A DNA stretch of 54,230 nucleotides from a virus, in the IMG/VR virus record IMGVR_UViG_3300032223_000334, positions 1-54,230 of that record. One strand, given 5' to 3'. Below the pieces are notes generated by a model. The model was not told where the DNA came from and made no database searches. It worked only from the letters and a program-made list of their open reading frames with translations. The translations under genes and the position numbers were made by a program. Positions 25,395 to 36,527 of this stretch are shown here, in pieces (position 1 is the stretch's first letter; every line of letters starts with the position of its first letter).

Positions 25395-26630
25395 ATGACG
25401 ACCTACACTAATCCGTTCACCGCTCAAACCATATCTCCTGCTCAAGTTGGTTATGAATATCTAACACTTTCAGCTGATACGACTCTCCAGTGGCCTATTA
25501 ACGGTAACGACACTACTAATGTAGCTGCAAACATTATTGAAGTAACTGCAGGGGTTCCTCCCTCACCTGCAACAGCCTACAACTTGTTGATGCCTTCGGC
25601 TTACCAAGTATCGACAGGTCAAGCAGTTATTGTTCGTAACGTCGGTGCTAATACGTTTAACGTAACAAATGCTAGTGGCGCAACCATTAGTGCCGTGGCT
25701 TCTGGTGTTGCTGTCTACATTTATCTAACTGACAACACTACAGCTAACGGTACGTGGTCAACAGTTACCTTTGGAGCGGGTACATCTGCAGCTAATGCAG
25801 CTACCTTGGCTGGATACGGTTTAACAGCCATTAGCACTACCTTAAATCAATCGTATTACGTTCAGACTATTAGCTCTACCTATACCTTAACAAGCACTGC
25901 TAGAGCGCAGATGAACGTCTGGACAGGTGGTGTAGGTACGATAACTCTGCCTTCTGCTTCTACGGTAGGTGCTAATTGGTTTACGATCATTAAGAACGAC
26001 GGTACAGGTATTTTGACTATATCCCCCGTTGGTTCTGACACGATTGATGGAAACGCTAATCAACAGCTTCAGTTAACAGAGTCTATTGTTTTAGTTTCTA
26101 GTGGTTCGACTTGGTACACCTTTGCTTATGGTCGTTCTAACTCATTTGCCTACACTCAGTTAGCGTTGACTTTAACTGGTGGTACGTACACTGAAACCTC
26201 AGCTCAGGCTTCTAATACGATTCAGACTATTTCTGGTACGTTAACCAGCAACCAAATACTTATTATTCCTTCAACTGTTCAGCTATACAGTTTTACCAAT
26301 AATACGACTGGTTCATATTCGTTAACAATTAAGACAGCTGTATCAGGTGGTGCTTCAATAACAATTGGTCAAAGTACCTCATTGATTGTTATTTGTGATG
26401 GTACAAACGTCTATAACGCTGCTTCTGGTTCTGCCAGCTCTATTGTTTCCTTGACTTTAGGTAATGGATCAACTGCTGTTCCTTCGTTAAAGTTTACTGG
26501 TGATACAACGACAGGTCTTTACTTACCTGCTTCTGGTCAGTTGGGAATTGTTATTAGTGGCTCTCTTAATTCGTACTTTAGTAGCTCAGGATTTACCTCT
26601 TTAAATGGTATTTCTGGAGGCACGTTTTGA
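25395..26630 (+). CDS. Thr/Ser-rich tail or virion protein
   Basis: 411 aa with beta-rich composition. Confidence 0.55.
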   Translation: MTTYTNPFTAQTISPAQVGYEYLTLSADTTLQWPINGNDTTNVAANIIEVTAGVPPSPATAYNLLMPSAYQVSTGQAVIVRNVGANTFNVTNASGATISAVASGVAVYIYLTDNTTANGTWSTVTFGAGTSAANAATLAGYGLTAISTTLNQSYYVQTISSTYTLTSTARAQMNVWTGGVGTITLPSASTVGANWFTIIKNDGTGILTISPVGSDTIDGNANQQLQLTESIVLVSSGSTWYTFAYGRSNSFAYTQLALTLTGGTYTETSAQASNTIQTISGTLTSNQILIIPSTVQLYSFTNNTTGSYSLTIKTAVSGGASITIGQSTSLIVICDGTNVYNAASGSASSIVSLTLGNGSTAVPSLKFTGDTTTGLYLPASGQLGIVISGSLNSYFSSSGFTSLNGISGGTF

Positions 26631-28639
26631 CCGCTAAAGTCATATCGTTAGCAATAAACCCCGGAATACAGAGGGACGGTACTCTATTTGACTCTCCCAT
26701 GTATGTGGATGGTCAGTGGGTACGGTTTCAACGTGGCCGCCCTAGAAAGGTGGGAGGTTATCGTGGAATATTTATTAATGCTCCTGAGATAAGCCGAGGA
26801 ATGGTAATGCAGTCCCAATCGGGGCTGAACTATGTTTATTCTGGAAGTGCTAGTTATTTAAAATACTGGCAGACGGCCAATAATGCAGGTACTGGCGCTG
26901 GCCCATTTGATGTTACTCCGTCGTCTAACTTTACGGCTAACGCTAATAATCTTTGGCAGTTTGATGTTGGTTACAACTCTTCTCAGACTGGCTTACAGGT
27001 TATAGCGCATGCAGGTCAGAATTTAACAAATATTGATAGCACGATTAATACGCCTGTTTTATCTGGTGCATTCCCCGGTGGAACATTAAGTAAGGTTGGT
27101 ATCTTCACGATAACTGGTTCAGCTAGTTTGCCTACGTATCAAAATGGCACGACTATTATTATTGGTCAGTCAGATTACAGGATTGGTTTAGGCCAACTTG
27201 TTACTGGAACAGGTATCCCTTCTAATACAACGGTTGTATCTCCTCCTCCTATTGTTTACGCTAACAGTGCAATTACTGGCTATATTTCTGGAACGACGTT
27301 AACTGTAACGGCTAATTTAGGAGCCTTATATGTTGGCCAGACGCTTAGTAGCACTGCGACTGTAGGTATAGCTGCAGGAACAACAATTACTGCCTTGGGA
27401 ACTGGTATAGGCGGTCTTGGAACGTATACAGTCAGTGTTTCACAAACCGTAGGTTCTTCTGGTTCCCCTGTAACTTTTACAGGAAGTGCTAATACAGTAG
27501 TAACAGTATCGGCATCCGTTACTACATCACAAAACAACGCAATTACTTTTGACAATCAGATTTCTGTATCTGGTGGGGCATGTATGTTGTACCCCTATCT
27601 TTTTGTTTATGGAAATAATGGATTGATTCAAAATAGTAGTGCTGGAGACTTTACTAATTGGACTGCAGCTGATGCAAATGCTACTAACGTATCTGCTACC
27701 AAGATTGTTAAAGGGATGGCTTTACGAGGTGGTACAACGTCTCCTTCAGGATTATTTTGGTCACTTGATCAGTTAACCCGTGTTTCTTTAGCCCCTCAAC
27801 AAGTAGGAACTTCTACCGTTTATTGGCGGTATGACATTATTTCTACTCAGACATCTATTATGTCTTCTCAGAGTGTTATTGAGTACGACGGCATTATTTA
27901 TTGGTGCGGCGTAGATAGATTCTTGGCATATAACGGTGTTGTTCAAGAACTAAATAATGCTGTTAACTTAAATTTCTTTTTTGACAATCTTAATTATAGT
28001 CAACGTCAAAAAGTATGGGCTACAAAAATTCCTCGTTGGGGTGAAATTTGGTGGTTTTATCCTTCTGGTACATCCACAGAGTGCAACAACGCCATTATTT
28101 ATAACGTGCGTGAACAAACTTGGTACGACGCAGGCTTTGCTGAAGGCGCTAATCGTTCAGCTGGAGTGTTTTCTGAGGTTTTTAGATACCCTATTTGGGC
28201 TGATAATATTGTTAATCCTACTAACAATACGTATACGTTATGGCAGCAAGAGGTTGGCACAGACAAGATTTATCTAACGTCGGTTAATGCTGTTAATTCT
28301 TATTTTGAGACAAACAGTATTGGTTGGGTAGGTGGAGGCCCCGGAGTTCGTTCTATTGAGGGCGCTAACAAATGGATTCGCTTAGAACGTGTTGAGCCTG
28401 ACTTTGTTCAATCAGGTCAAATGAGTTTGACAGTTACTGGTAAGGGTTACGCAGACGATAAAGACATTACGTCTGACCCTTATTATTTTGATGGTACTAC
28501 TTTAAAGATTGACATGCGTGAACAACGTCGTGAGATGCGTTTACGGTTCACAAGTAATGTATACAATGGCAACTATGAAATGGGTAGTGTGTTGTTAAGC
28601 GCTGATATTGGTGATGAACGCTCGACAGGAAATCCATAA
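26627..28639 (+). CDS. Large tail structural protein (670 aa)
   Basis: TTG start overlaps the upstream TGA (TTGA), with GGAGG 6 nt upstream. N-terminus [36 protein letters not shown]. Confidence 0.6.
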   Translation: MTAKVISLAINPGIQRDGTLFDSPMYVDGQWVRFQRGRPRKVGGYRGIFINAPEISRGMVMQSQSGLNYVYSGSASYLKYWQTANNAGTGAGPFDVTPSSNFTANANNLWQFDVGYNSSQTGLQVIAHAGQNLTNIDSTINTPVLSGAFPGGTLSKVGIFTITGSASLPTYQNGTTIIIGQSDYRIGLGQLVTGTGIPSNTTVVSPPPIVYANSAITGYISGTTLTVTANLGALYVGQTLSSTATVGIAAGTTITALGTGIGGLGTYTVSVSQTVGSSGSPVTFTGSANTVVTVSASVTTSQNNAITFDNQISVSGGACMLYPYLFVYGNNGLIQNSSAGDFTNWTAADANATNVSATKIVKGMALRGGTTSPSGLFWSLDQLTRVSLAPQQVGTSTVYWRYDIISTQTSIMSSQSVIEYDGIIYWCGVDRFLAYNGVVQELNNAVNLNFFFDNLNYSQRQKVWATKIPRWGEIWWFYPSGTSTECNNAIIYNVREQTWYDAGFAEGANRSAGVFSEVFRYPIWADNIVNPTNNTYTLWQQEVGTDKIYLTSVNAVNSYFETNSIGWVGGGPGVRSIEGANKWIRLERVEPDFVQSGQMSLTVTGKGYADDKDITSDPYYFDGTTLKIDMREQRREMRLRFTSNVYNGNYEMGSVLLSADIGDERSTGNP

Positions 28640-28887
28640 TGATTGTCTATGATCCTCGTGGAATGACTTGGGAGAAATGGTGCTCTTTAATGGCAGAACT
28701 ATTTGCTTCTAATCAGTTAGGAACTGTCACTGAAGATAAGTGGCGTGATTGGGCTGATGGTATGCAAGGTATTGGTTATTTTGTGAACTCTGGGATTCCT
28801 GATTCAAGAGGATTTAAGACTTGGCAGGATTGGGCTTCTAGTTTAGTTGGGATCATGTCTATTAATCCTACGCAGGCAAAAGTATAA
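28639..28887 (+). CDS. Small Trp-rich hypothetical protein
   Basis: 82 aa, TAATG-coupled. Confidence 0.5.
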   Translation: MIVYDPRGMTWEKWCSLMAELFASNQLGTVTEDKWRDWADGMQGIGYFVNSGIPDSRGFKTWQDWASSLVGIMSINPTQAKV

Positions 28888-28889
28888 AC

Positions 28890-31562
28890 ATGGCTACTAA
28901 AGCACCTACTCAAGCTCAACTCCAGCAAGACCTAATTAATGCTGTTGCTAAGATTCGCGTATCGAATCAAGGCGCACCTATGGACGTTAAGTTTTCCGAT
29001 GGGAAAACATACACGGTTTATAACGATGGTAGTGGTGCTGGTGATGCTTTAGGCATTGATTTTAGGAACATGACGGATCAGTTTAATTCTGCTGAATCTG
29101 CATTGCGTCCTAAACCTACTGCTGCTCCTGCCCCACAATCAGCTCCTGCCCCACAACAGGCAAGCCCACAATCATCATCACAAGGTTCATCATCACTTGC
29201 ATTGCAAGGTGCTGCTTCTGAATGGTTCCCCAATCTTGATGCAAATGGGCTGCCAATAGTGAAGGAATCAGCAATTGATGCTGAATTAAAGAAACATGGA
29301 AATATTTTAACTGCTAACAACAGTAACATTAGAGATGCTATCTATGGTACTGGTTGGAATGCAAAGTCTGATGCTGTTACGGTATTAAATGGTGCTGCTG
29401 TTTTTGGCATCAACAAAGGCTCAGGTGTTATGGGTGTGCCTTTGTGGTCAGATATACAAGGCAATTCAGTAGGCGATAAAGAATTTTTAGCTGCTGCGAA
29501 AGCTGCAGGGATTGACCCTAGCACTTATTACCACAAAGAAACTGTTGGAATGGGTGGTTCGCAGAATGTATTAGATAAAAATGCTTTATACAACGACATT
29601 AATGCTAAAGGTAAAGATTTATATCAGATAACAAATGCTATTGGCTCAACGGGTGGTCGTGGATCAGTTGATCCTCATGCAACCATTTTGTTTAAATCAG
29701 ATGGCAGTGGAAATCTTGTAACTTTAGATAATCCACAAACCAATCAACCATTAGTTAATTATTCTAAAGCCGTTAGTTATAACAAAGACCCCGGATTTTT
29801 AGCTGACTTTGGCCCACTTCTTGGAATAGCGGGTCTTGCTTTTGGTGCTCCATTATTGGGAGAACTTTTTGCTCCTGCGGCTGCTGCAGAAAGCACTCTT
29901 GGTTTAGCGGCTGGCGCTGGTCTTGGCACTGGAACTATGGCTGGAGAGATGCTAGGTGCTGGTGTACTTGGCGCTGGCGCAGCTCCAATTCTTGGAGAGA
30001 CTGCTGCTTTAGGTGCTGGCGCTCTTAGTGCATTAGCTCCTGCAGCTACTTCAGGTGGTTTGAATTTACAGTCTTTAGCTAATCAAGCTGGACAAGGTGC
30101 AGTAAAAGGCGTTGTTCAATCAGCCCTTTCAGACATTGTTTCTGGCAAAGGTTTAAATACATCAGACTTACTTAAAGGTGCATTCTCTGGTGGTTTAGGT
30201 GGTGGCGTTGGTAATGTAGCGACTCAGTTTGGTGCAAATCCTATAGTTTCTCAAGGCTTGTCTGGAGCAACGACTGCCGGAACTAATGCTGCTTTAAACA
30301 AAGGCAATGTATTAAAGAGCGTTGAATTAGGTGGTGGTTTAGGTGCATTAACTGGTGGCACTAACATGCTGCTTAGTGGTAAGGATGCTAACGGAAACCC
30401 TGTTTATAGTCCTGTAGAGAAGGGCGCTATTTCTGGTGCTATACAAGGTGGTGCGCAAGCTTTATTAAATAAGAAAGACCCAATTACTGGTGCGTTAGTT
30501 AATGCCGCAGGTGGTGCTGCAGGTGCAGCGGTTGGTAATGCGACAGGAAATCCTGTTGTAGATAAGTCTCTTGCTGCGCTAGCGTCTGTTGGAACTAAGA
30601 TGGCTGCAACAAACATCTTAGGCCAATCCACAGGCGCACTAGGATTAAACCAAGTAAGTTCGTTAGTTCCCACGACTCAAGGCACTACTACGATAGACCC
30701 AATTACTGGTCAGCCTATACAACAAACAACCCAAAATGGGCAGTTGATGGATAGTCAATTAGCTGCTCTTCAGGAAGAATTAAACTTTTTAAATCGTCAG
30801 AACTATTTAAAGAATGCTAACGAATATTCTGTTTCTGACTATATTAATGCCCAAGCTGGTGTTCCTAGTGGAGAAAAAGGATACACAGGCTTTTTAACTC
30901 CCGGTGTCATGACTACTTCGGCGGCTCCTATGCAAGAAACACAACAACAACCTGTTGACACTTATCAACAGATTTATTCTCAATTAGCTAATGTTGATCC
31001 TAGACTACTTAATATCTTGAATCAGCGAGCTGCCAAGAATGGTGGTGCTATAAGAATGGCTGATGGTGGCAGTGCTTTAGCTGCTCTTGAAGCCCATGCA
31101 CAGAAGCTAAAAGATCAACAAATGCTAAGACATTTTGAAGATGCGTCAAAACAGTTAGCTTTGCCTAACCAACATATGGGGAATGTTCCTTACGGAAACC
31201 CCACTGGCGGTGCTTTAATGCACCCTGTAAGCCCCGGATACTTTGTGACTAGGGCTAAGGAAGGCGGTGAGATGGAACATCAACCTGAGTTCATTACAGG
31301 GGCTACAGGACACTATGTAAAGGGCAAAGGCGATGGCCAATCTGACGATATCCCTGCTATGTTGGCAGATGGTGAATATGTATTCGACGCAGATACTGTT
31401 GCAGCTTTGGGGAATGGATCATCTGACGCGGGAGCCAAGCTATTAGACCACTTTAGAGAGTCTTTAAGAGAGCACAAGCGTTCTGCTCCTGCAGATAAGA
31501 TTCCACCTAAAGCAGCTCCGTTACAATATATGAAAGAAGCATTGAGAAGGCATAAAGGATAA
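28890..31562 (+). CDS. Large internal-virion/ejection-type protein with a long Gly/Ala-rich hydrophobic core
   Basis: 890 aa. Has a PAPQ-rich linker, about 350 aa of GA-rich hydrophobic repeats (LGIAGLAFGAPLLGELFAPAAAA...), and MADGG and KEGG motifs near the C-terminus. Confidence 0.55.
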   Translation: MATKAPTQAQLQQDLINAVAKIRVSNQGAPMDVKFSDGKTYTVYNDGSGAGDALGIDFRNMTDQFNSAESALRPKPTAAPAPQSAPAPQQASPQSSSQGSSSLALQGAASEWFPNLDANGLPIVKESAIDAELKKHGNILTANNSNIRDAIYGTGWNAKSDAVTVLNGAAVFGINKGSGVMGVPLWSDIQGNSVGDKEFLAAAKAAGIDPSTYYHKETVGMGGSQNVLDKNALYNDINAKGKDLYQITNAIGSTGGRGSVDPHATILFKSDGSGNLVTLDNPQTNQPLVNYSKAVSYNKDPGFLADFGPLLGIAGLAFGAPLLGELFAPAAAAESTLGLAAGAGLGTGTMAGEMLGAGVLGAGAAPILGETAALGAGALSALAPAATSGGLNLQSLANQAGQGAVKGVVQSALSDIVSGKGLNTSDLLKGAFSGGLGGGVGNVATQFGANPIVSQGLSGATTAGTNAALNKGNVLKSVELGGGLGALTGGTNMLLSGKDANGNPVYSPVEKGAISGAIQGGAQALLNKKDPITGALVNAAGGAAGAAVGNATGNPVVDKSLAALASVGTKMAATNILGQSTGALGLNQVSSLVPTTQGTTTIDPITGQPIQQTTQNGQLMDSQLAALQEELNFLNRQNYLKNANEYSVSDYINAQAGVPSGEKGYTGFLTPGVMTTSAAPMQETQQQPVDTYQQIYSQLANVDPRLLNILNQRAAKNGGAIRMADGGSALAALEAHAQKLKDQQMLRHFEDASKQLALPNQHMGNVPYGNPTGGALMHPVSPGYFVTRAKEGGEMEHQPEFITGATGHYVKGKGDGQSDDIPAMLADGEYVFDADTVAALGNGSSDAGAKLLDHFRESLREHKRSAPADKIPPKAAPLQYMKEALRRHKG

Positions 31563-31565
31563 ATC

Positions 31566-32633
31566 ATGGCACTCCCAAACTATGCGACACCGCCCAATCT
31601 TGGCGTAACAGCAGGTTCAGCTGCAGGCTCTGGAAGCGTATTTCAGGGTACAGCGCTACCTAACATTACGACGACCCAACAGCAGGCGACAGCTACACCT
31701 CAGTTCTATACTGACTATCTGAATCAGTTAGCTACACAAGGTGCTGGAGTTGCTCAAAATGCTCGTTATGTAGGTGCTCAGCCTTTGCAGACTCAAGCTT
31801 TCCAGCAAGTTGCTCAGAACGTAGGAAACTATCAGCCTGCTTTGAATGCAGCGATGAATTATGCAGGTAGTGTAGGCGATTCAAATTTATCTCAAGCTTT
31901 AGGTAATTTAAATCAACAAAATATTGCTACTAGCTTAGCTCCTAATGCAGTAGCTGGAATTGCTGGTACGGGTCAGTTTGGATCACAACGTGGTGCTAAT
32001 GCTTTGGGAAGTGTTATTTCTAACGCAAACATATCTACACAAGCTCAGCAAGCTCAGGCTATGCAGCAAGACTATGCTAATCGATTGGCTGCAGCTAGTC
32101 AGTTGGGATCATTAGCTGGTCAACAGCAACAGTATGGTTTAGGTGATGTTAATGCGTTGGCTACTTTGGGTTCTCAGCAACAACAAATAGCTCAGAATGC
32201 TCAGTTGTTCCCTATGCAACAGTTAACTGCTGAATCTAACTTGTTGAAGGGTGCGACTATCCCAACGTCTACTAGCACAGCGTACACAGGCCCAATACCG
32301 GGTGCATATAACTTGTCTCCGTTACAACAGATTGCTGGTTTGGGTTCGTTGGCTGCAGGCACTGCTGATCTTTTACCTAAGCTTGGGGCTAGTCTTGGTG
32401 ATTTAACTAAAACTATTGGCGGTGCGTTACCTAGTCTTGGTAATATTTTTAGTGGAACATCTACTACTCCAGATGCATCAATTAATCCAAGCACAGCTGA
32501 TTTAATAGCTGCTAATGCAAAAATGCCTTCTCAACAAGACATGATTGATTACAACAGCGTTCTTCAGCAAGAATTACAAAATAGATATTTTGGCACTTAC
32601 AACACTGATTTGCCATACGACGCTCAAATATAA
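31566..32633 (+). CDS. Gln/Ala-rich virion protein
   Basis: 355 aa with low-complexity Q/A/G composition. Confidence 0.5.
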   Translation: MALPNYATPPNLGVTAGSAAGSGSVFQGTALPNITTTQQQATATPQFYTDYLNQLATQGAGVAQNARYVGAQPLQTQAFQQVAQNVGNYQPALNAAMNYAGSVGDSNLSQALGNLNQQNIATSLAPNAVAGIAGTGQFGSQRGANALGSVISNANISTQAQQAQAMQQDYANRLAAASQLGSLAGQQQQYGLGDVNALATLGSQQQQIAQNAQLFPMQQLTAESNLLKGATIPTSTSTAYTGPIPGAYNLSPLQQIAGLGSLAAGTADLLPKLGASLGDLTKTIGGALPSLGNIFSGTSTTPDASINPSTADLIAANAKMPSQQDMIDYNSVLQQELQNRYFGTYNTDLPYDAQI

Positions 32634-32642
32634 GGATAAATC

Positions 32643-34406
32643 ATGGCATCCAAAACAGGTGTTTCAGCAGATGTATTAAATCCTCCTTTAAGTATGGCGA
32701 GTGATCCTAGTGCTCAGACTGAACTAACAAATGCTTATCAGAAAATTCTTGATTCTCTTGAGCAAAGAAATAAGATTAACTGGTTCAACGTAGCTGGTGC
32801 ATTACTTACGCCCGGACGTACTGGATCATTTGGTGAAGCTTTAGGTGGTGCTTCTCAAGTTATTGGTAAGGACTTAGATCGTCAGCAAGAGATGCAGTTG
32901 CCTATTGCCCAAATGCGAGCACAGATTGCTCAGGGTAAGTATCAGCTTCAACAAGATGCACAAGGTTTGCAGATGCTTGGCCAGATTTTAGGTACATCAC
33001 CAGAAGCTGCTAAGCAAAAGCTTGAGACAGGTGACATATCTCAACAAGAACTAGACAATGTTAATCCTAAGTTATTTGCTGCATTAGCAGTCACAAGCCC
33101 ACGTATTGCTGAGATTCTCAAGACAACCATGGGGTTGACTACAGAACAAGGCAAGTTGGCTGAGACAAAACGTGCAAACCTAGCTAATGAGAACATTAAA
33201 GGGCTTGAGACAAAATTAGCATTCCAAAAGTTTGATTTAGATATTCTCAAAGCTGGTATGGATGTTGAAGCTCAGAAGAGAGCTATTGTTGAGCTTATTG
33301 ATAAAGTTGGTATGGATACTGTCAAGGCATCTGGCATTACTTTGCCTGCTGCTTTAAAAGCTCCTACAGCCCCTCCAGCACCTGCTATTCCTTCAGCGGT
33401 TACTCCTCCTGTAGCTAAGTCTTCTGAACCCGCGTTCCCTGACAAGGCTTCTGTAGTAGCTCCTGTTGCACCACAAAAATCCCCAGAACTATCTGATCTT
33501 GATAACAAAATCAGAAAAGCTATGGATGATAGGAATACTGCATTTAAAGCTGGCGATGGCAAGACTGCTGCAAATTTAGATAAGCAGATTGGTCAGATGA
33601 CCAAGGCAAGAGATAATCTTTTAAAAGGCTCTACTGCTACATCAACTGCTGCTGAGCCAACATCAAAAGTAAATATTATTCAGCCTACACAAACTGCTTC
33701 ATCTGAAGAATCTGCTTTACCTCCTGCTACTCAACGTGCCATTGCTGAGGCAAGAGCTAAATCTGATATAGCTATCAAAGAAAAGCAAGCCACAACAAAC
33801 ATTGAGCAAACGAATAAAGATTATGCTGAAAAACGTGCAGGTATAATTGCTTGGGATCCGCAGGTAACTGACGCAAGCAATCGTGATTTAAGAGAATTGA
33901 TACAGTTAACCCAAAAGAAACCTTACATTGTAGGTTTGATGCAAAAGTCTGGAGTTATTTCAGGTTTGCAAGCAGCTGCTCAAGAAGGTGTATCAACTCC
34001 TTGGGGATCATTTAATTTGCCTGTAGAAAAGTATTTGACTGCAGCCAAGATTCCTGAAAAGGATAAGCCTGATGCAACAAGAGTTGCTCAGATATTGGCT
34101 CGTCAGTTTTTTGCTAACGCTAAAACAGTTAAAAGTGTTGTTGGGCCACAAATTAGTAACTCTGACACTACTTTAATGAAAGCTCCAATGGTAACGGTAT
34201 CTGATAGTGCTAAAGCTATTACGTATTGGGCTAAAGAGAATGTACTGTTGAATAAGCAGCGTGGTGAATTGTTTGATGCACTCCATCAACACGATACACA
34301 GCGAGGAACTTCTGGCTCTCCTGCAGAGTTCTTTAGCTCTAAGCCTTATACGAACATCATTAATAAATATGGCCCATTGTTTCAGTATCTTCAAACTCAT
34401 CATTAA
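32643..34406 (+). CDS. Large virion-associated protein (587 aa)
   Basis: Coiled-coil-like N-terminal half and a PAP-rich linker. Confidence 0.5.
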   Translation: MASKTGVSADVLNPPLSMASDPSAQTELTNAYQKILDSLEQRNKINWFNVAGALLTPGRTGSFGEALGGASQVIGKDLDRQQEMQLPIAQMRAQIAQGKYQLQQDAQGLQMLGQILGTSPEAAKQKLETGDISQQELDNVNPKLFAALAVTSPRIAEILKTTMGLTTEQGKLAETKRANLANENIKGLETKLAFQKFDLDILKAGMDVEAQKRAIVELIDKVGMDTVKASGITLPAALKAPTAPPAPAIPSAVTPPVAKSSEPAFPDKASVVAPVAPQKSPELSDLDNKIRKAMDDRNTAFKAGDGKTAANLDKQIGQMTKARDNLLKGSTATSTAAEPTSKVNIIQPTQTASSEESALPPATQRAIAEARAKSDIAIKEKQATTNIEQTNKDYAEKRAGIIAWDPQVTDASNRDLRELIQLTQKKPYIVGLMQKSGVISGLQAAAQEGVSTPWGSFNLPVEKYLTAAKIPEKDKPDATRVAQILARQFFANAKTVKSVVGPQISNSDTTLMKAPMVTVSDSAKAITYWAKENVLLNKQRGELFDALHQHDTQRGTSGSPAEFFSSKPYTNIINKYGPLFQYLQTHH

Positions 34407-34417
34407 TAGGTCATACC

Positions 34418-35572
34418 ATGGCTGAAGACAAGAATCCATTGACAGAGGTTGATCCTATATTTACTGAGGGTCATGCTAGTCATGAAGAACATAAAACAGA
34501 AGAAGACCCATTAAAGGGGTTTGATCCTATATTTAATGAGCCTAGTAATGCGCATTCGTCTGAGCTAACAAATGAAGAGGCTGCTAAATTAGCTAACGCT
34601 CAGGCACAAGATCATATTGGTGAGGTTATTGGTGGTGTTACAGGAGCTATTGTTGGCTCTGGCGTTCCTAAGTATGTACCTCCACAGACAGCTACAGCTC
34701 AAAAGAATGTTGCTGGTCAACGTGCTGCTTATCAAGCTGCTCAAGAGATGCTAGGACATCAGCAAGGACAACGTGCGCAGACTGTTGCAGACATTATTAA
34801 TCAGCATCAAGCAGCTCAAGCGGGTTTGAATACCACAAGACAAGAGTTAGAAGCTGCTCATCAAGCGGCAAGAGAATTAAATGCCTTGCCTGAGCCAATT
34901 GTGGTTGAGCCAGTTGTAGAGCCTGAAGCTCCAAAACTTTCTGCAGGTGCTGAAAGACATGCAAATAAAATGTCTGAAGTACGTCATGCAAATAAAGTTC
35001 AGCGTGGATTAGAAGGCGTTAAAGAGTTTTCTGGCACAGGCGGTAATCTTTCTGGGTATACAAGAAACAGTCGTTTGATTGTTCCTCAAGAACTTAAAAA
35101 TGCTCCTGTTCATACTCCAGAACAATTAGAAGCGTTAAAAAGATTTGAGAAAGCTGAGGCTGCTCATCAGCAATCTATTAGAGAAGCAGCTAAAGCAGAA
35201 GCATTAAAAGCCAAACATACTGCTCCTACTGCAACTAAGCCTAATGAATTACGTCAAGCTGAAACAGCTGCAGAACGAACTAGAGTTGGTTTATCTAAGG
35301 CTGAGGCAGAACTTGCAGAGTTAAACAAGGCTAAGTCTTTTTTGTCTAAGATTCCCTACTTCAATACGATTATGGGTGGTCTATCTGGCGCTGAATTGAT
35401 GCATGCTTATGATGCATTATTTAATCGAGGTGAAACTCTTGAGGGTGTGATGGCAGGTCTTGGCGGTATTGGAGGGTTAATCTCTTTAGTTCCACATCCA
35501 GCTGCAAAAGTAGTAGGGACTGCTATGACAATCCCACCACTCATGTATGAAGGTTACAAAGCGTTGAAATGA
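34418..35572 (+). CDS. Coiled-coil protein with C-terminal hydrophobic segments (last gene of the rightward late block)
   Basis: 384 aa. Has an N-terminal duplicated DPIF(T/N)E motif and the C-terminal segment GVMAGLGGIGGLISLVPHPAAKVVGTAMTIPPL. Confidence 0.5.
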   Translation: MAEDKNPLTEVDPIFTEGHASHEEHKTEEDPLKGFDPIFNEPSNAHSSELTNEEAAKLANAQAQDHIGEVIGGVTGAIVGSGVPKYVPPQTATAQKNVAGQRAAYQAAQEMLGHQQGQRAQTVADIINQHQAAQAGLNTTRQELEAAHQAARELNALPEPIVVEPVVEPEAPKLSAGAERHANKMSEVRHANKVQRGLEGVKEFSGTGGNLSGYTRNSRLIVPQELKNAPVHTPEQLEALKRFEKAEAAHQQSIREAAKAEALKAKHTAPTATKPNELRQAETAAERTRVGLSKAEAELAELNKAKSFLSKIPYFNTIMGGLSGAELMHAYDALFNRGETLEGVMAGLGGIGGLISLVPHPAAKVVGTAMTIPPLMYEGYKALK

Positions 35573-35582
35573 TCCTTCGGTG

Positions 35583-35609
35583 CTCAGGCTTTCCCTCGCT
35601 TAGCCTGAG
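35583..35609. other. 8-bp perfect hairpin at the convergent junction
   Basis: CTCAGGCT (35583-90) pairs with AGCCTGAG (35602-09), with an 11-nt loop. Confidence 0.5.
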
Positions 35610-35940
35610 ACTTTTCCCCAGCTGAGTCTGGGGATTTTTTTCGCCAATCTTCTAAGACCTCAAACAAGTGCTTACGGAAGTTAATTCGCATGATGAGTTC
35701 ACCCGGCTGATACATATTGATAAACCTCTGTAGGGGGTCTAATTCGCCTTGTATTTGGTCTGTAGCTTCAGGAAGTGACTTAATCCCATCTGTATTAAAT
35801 TGAGGAATTCTGCCGTAGATTTCATCTGTCATAGGGGCATCTCTGCCTTCTCTGATCTTCTCTACAAGGGCAGCAATCTCTTTCTCTGATAGCTTGTCAA
35901 CCTTTTCGCCAATGAACAGCTTTGCTTCTTCTTTATCCAT
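35584..35940 (-). CDS. Hypothetical early protein
   Basis: 118 aa, last gene of the leftward operon. Confidence 0.5.
   Translation of the reverse strand: MDKEEAKLFIGEKVDKLSEKEIAALVEKIREGRDAPMTDEIYGRIPQFNTDGIKSLPEATDQIQGELDPLQRFINMYQPGELIMRINFRKHLFEVLEDWRKKSPDSAGEKSQAKRGKA
35616..35641 (+). terminator. Rho-independent terminator of the rightward late operon
   Basis: CCCCAG (35616-21) pairs with CTGGGG (35628-33), followed by A plus T7 (35635-41). It lies inside the 3' end of the convergent - strand ORF. Confidence 0.75.
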
Positions 35941-35942
35941 GA

Positions 35943-36155
35943 TTACCTCAATAGTTTGCGTTCTAGTTTTAGTTTGATTTTGTCAGCTGTTTCTTTGTCT
36001 GTTTCTGATTCAATTATCTGAGAGGCAAGCATAATGACTTGCCTCCAAGACTCATCCCAAATAGCTTTAGGGTCATCTAAAAGGTCTGTGGCTTTAGCAT
36101 CCCTAAGAAGCCTCTCCCAATCCTCATAGGCTATTTCCCACTGTTGCTTACTCAT
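35943..36155 (-). CDS. Hypothetical early protein
   Basis: 70 aa, acidic and Trp-containing. Confidence 0.5.
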   Translation of the reverse strand: MSKQQWEIAYEDWERLLRDAKATDLLDDPKAIWDESWRQVIMLASQIIESETDKETADKIKLKLERKLLR

Positions 36156-36345
36156 TGGGGGTTACCCTAGCTTTCATCATTTCATCTGCAACTATATAGG
36201 CTGCTTTTGTAATTTCTTTTATTTCACCAACAGTCATTTCTAAAGGATTATAAAAAGATGCAGCCATTACTTTAGCCGCAAAATAATCACGTAAGTTCAT
36301 GCCACGTTGATATTCATCGTAAGGAAAAGCTTTTATGTTAATCAT
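36148..36345 (-). CDS. Hypothetical early protein
   Basis: 65 aa, overlapping the neighbouring gene. Confidence 0.5.
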   Translation of the reverse strand: MINIKAFPYDEYQRGMNLRDYFAAKVMAASFYNPLEMTVGEIKEITKAAYIVADEMMKARVTPNE

Positions 36346-36521
36346 GTTTTATCTGTCCTTTCTCTTTGTTTTAATACTTTTATATATTCTTCTTCAAGAA
36401 TTTCTATAGCATCTTTTAATACATCTGCTTTTACAATCCATCCAGAGTTATTAAATTCATCCATATAAACTACTCTTGTTTTGTCTATGTTTGGATTCCA
36501 ATAAAAATTAAATGTTTTCAT
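36342..36521 (-). CDS. Small hypothetical protein (59 aa, below the ORF-track cutoff)
   Basis: Reverse-strand ATG at 36521. Translation MKTFNFYWNPNIDKTRVVYMDEFNNSGWIVKADVLKDAIEILEEEYIKVLKQRERTDKT. Its stop overlaps the next start (ATGA). Confidence 0.45.
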   Translation of the reverse strand: MKTFNFYWNPNIDKTRVVYMDEFNNSGWIVKADVLKDAIEILEEEYIKVLKQRERTDKT

Positions 36522-36527
36522 AAACCC

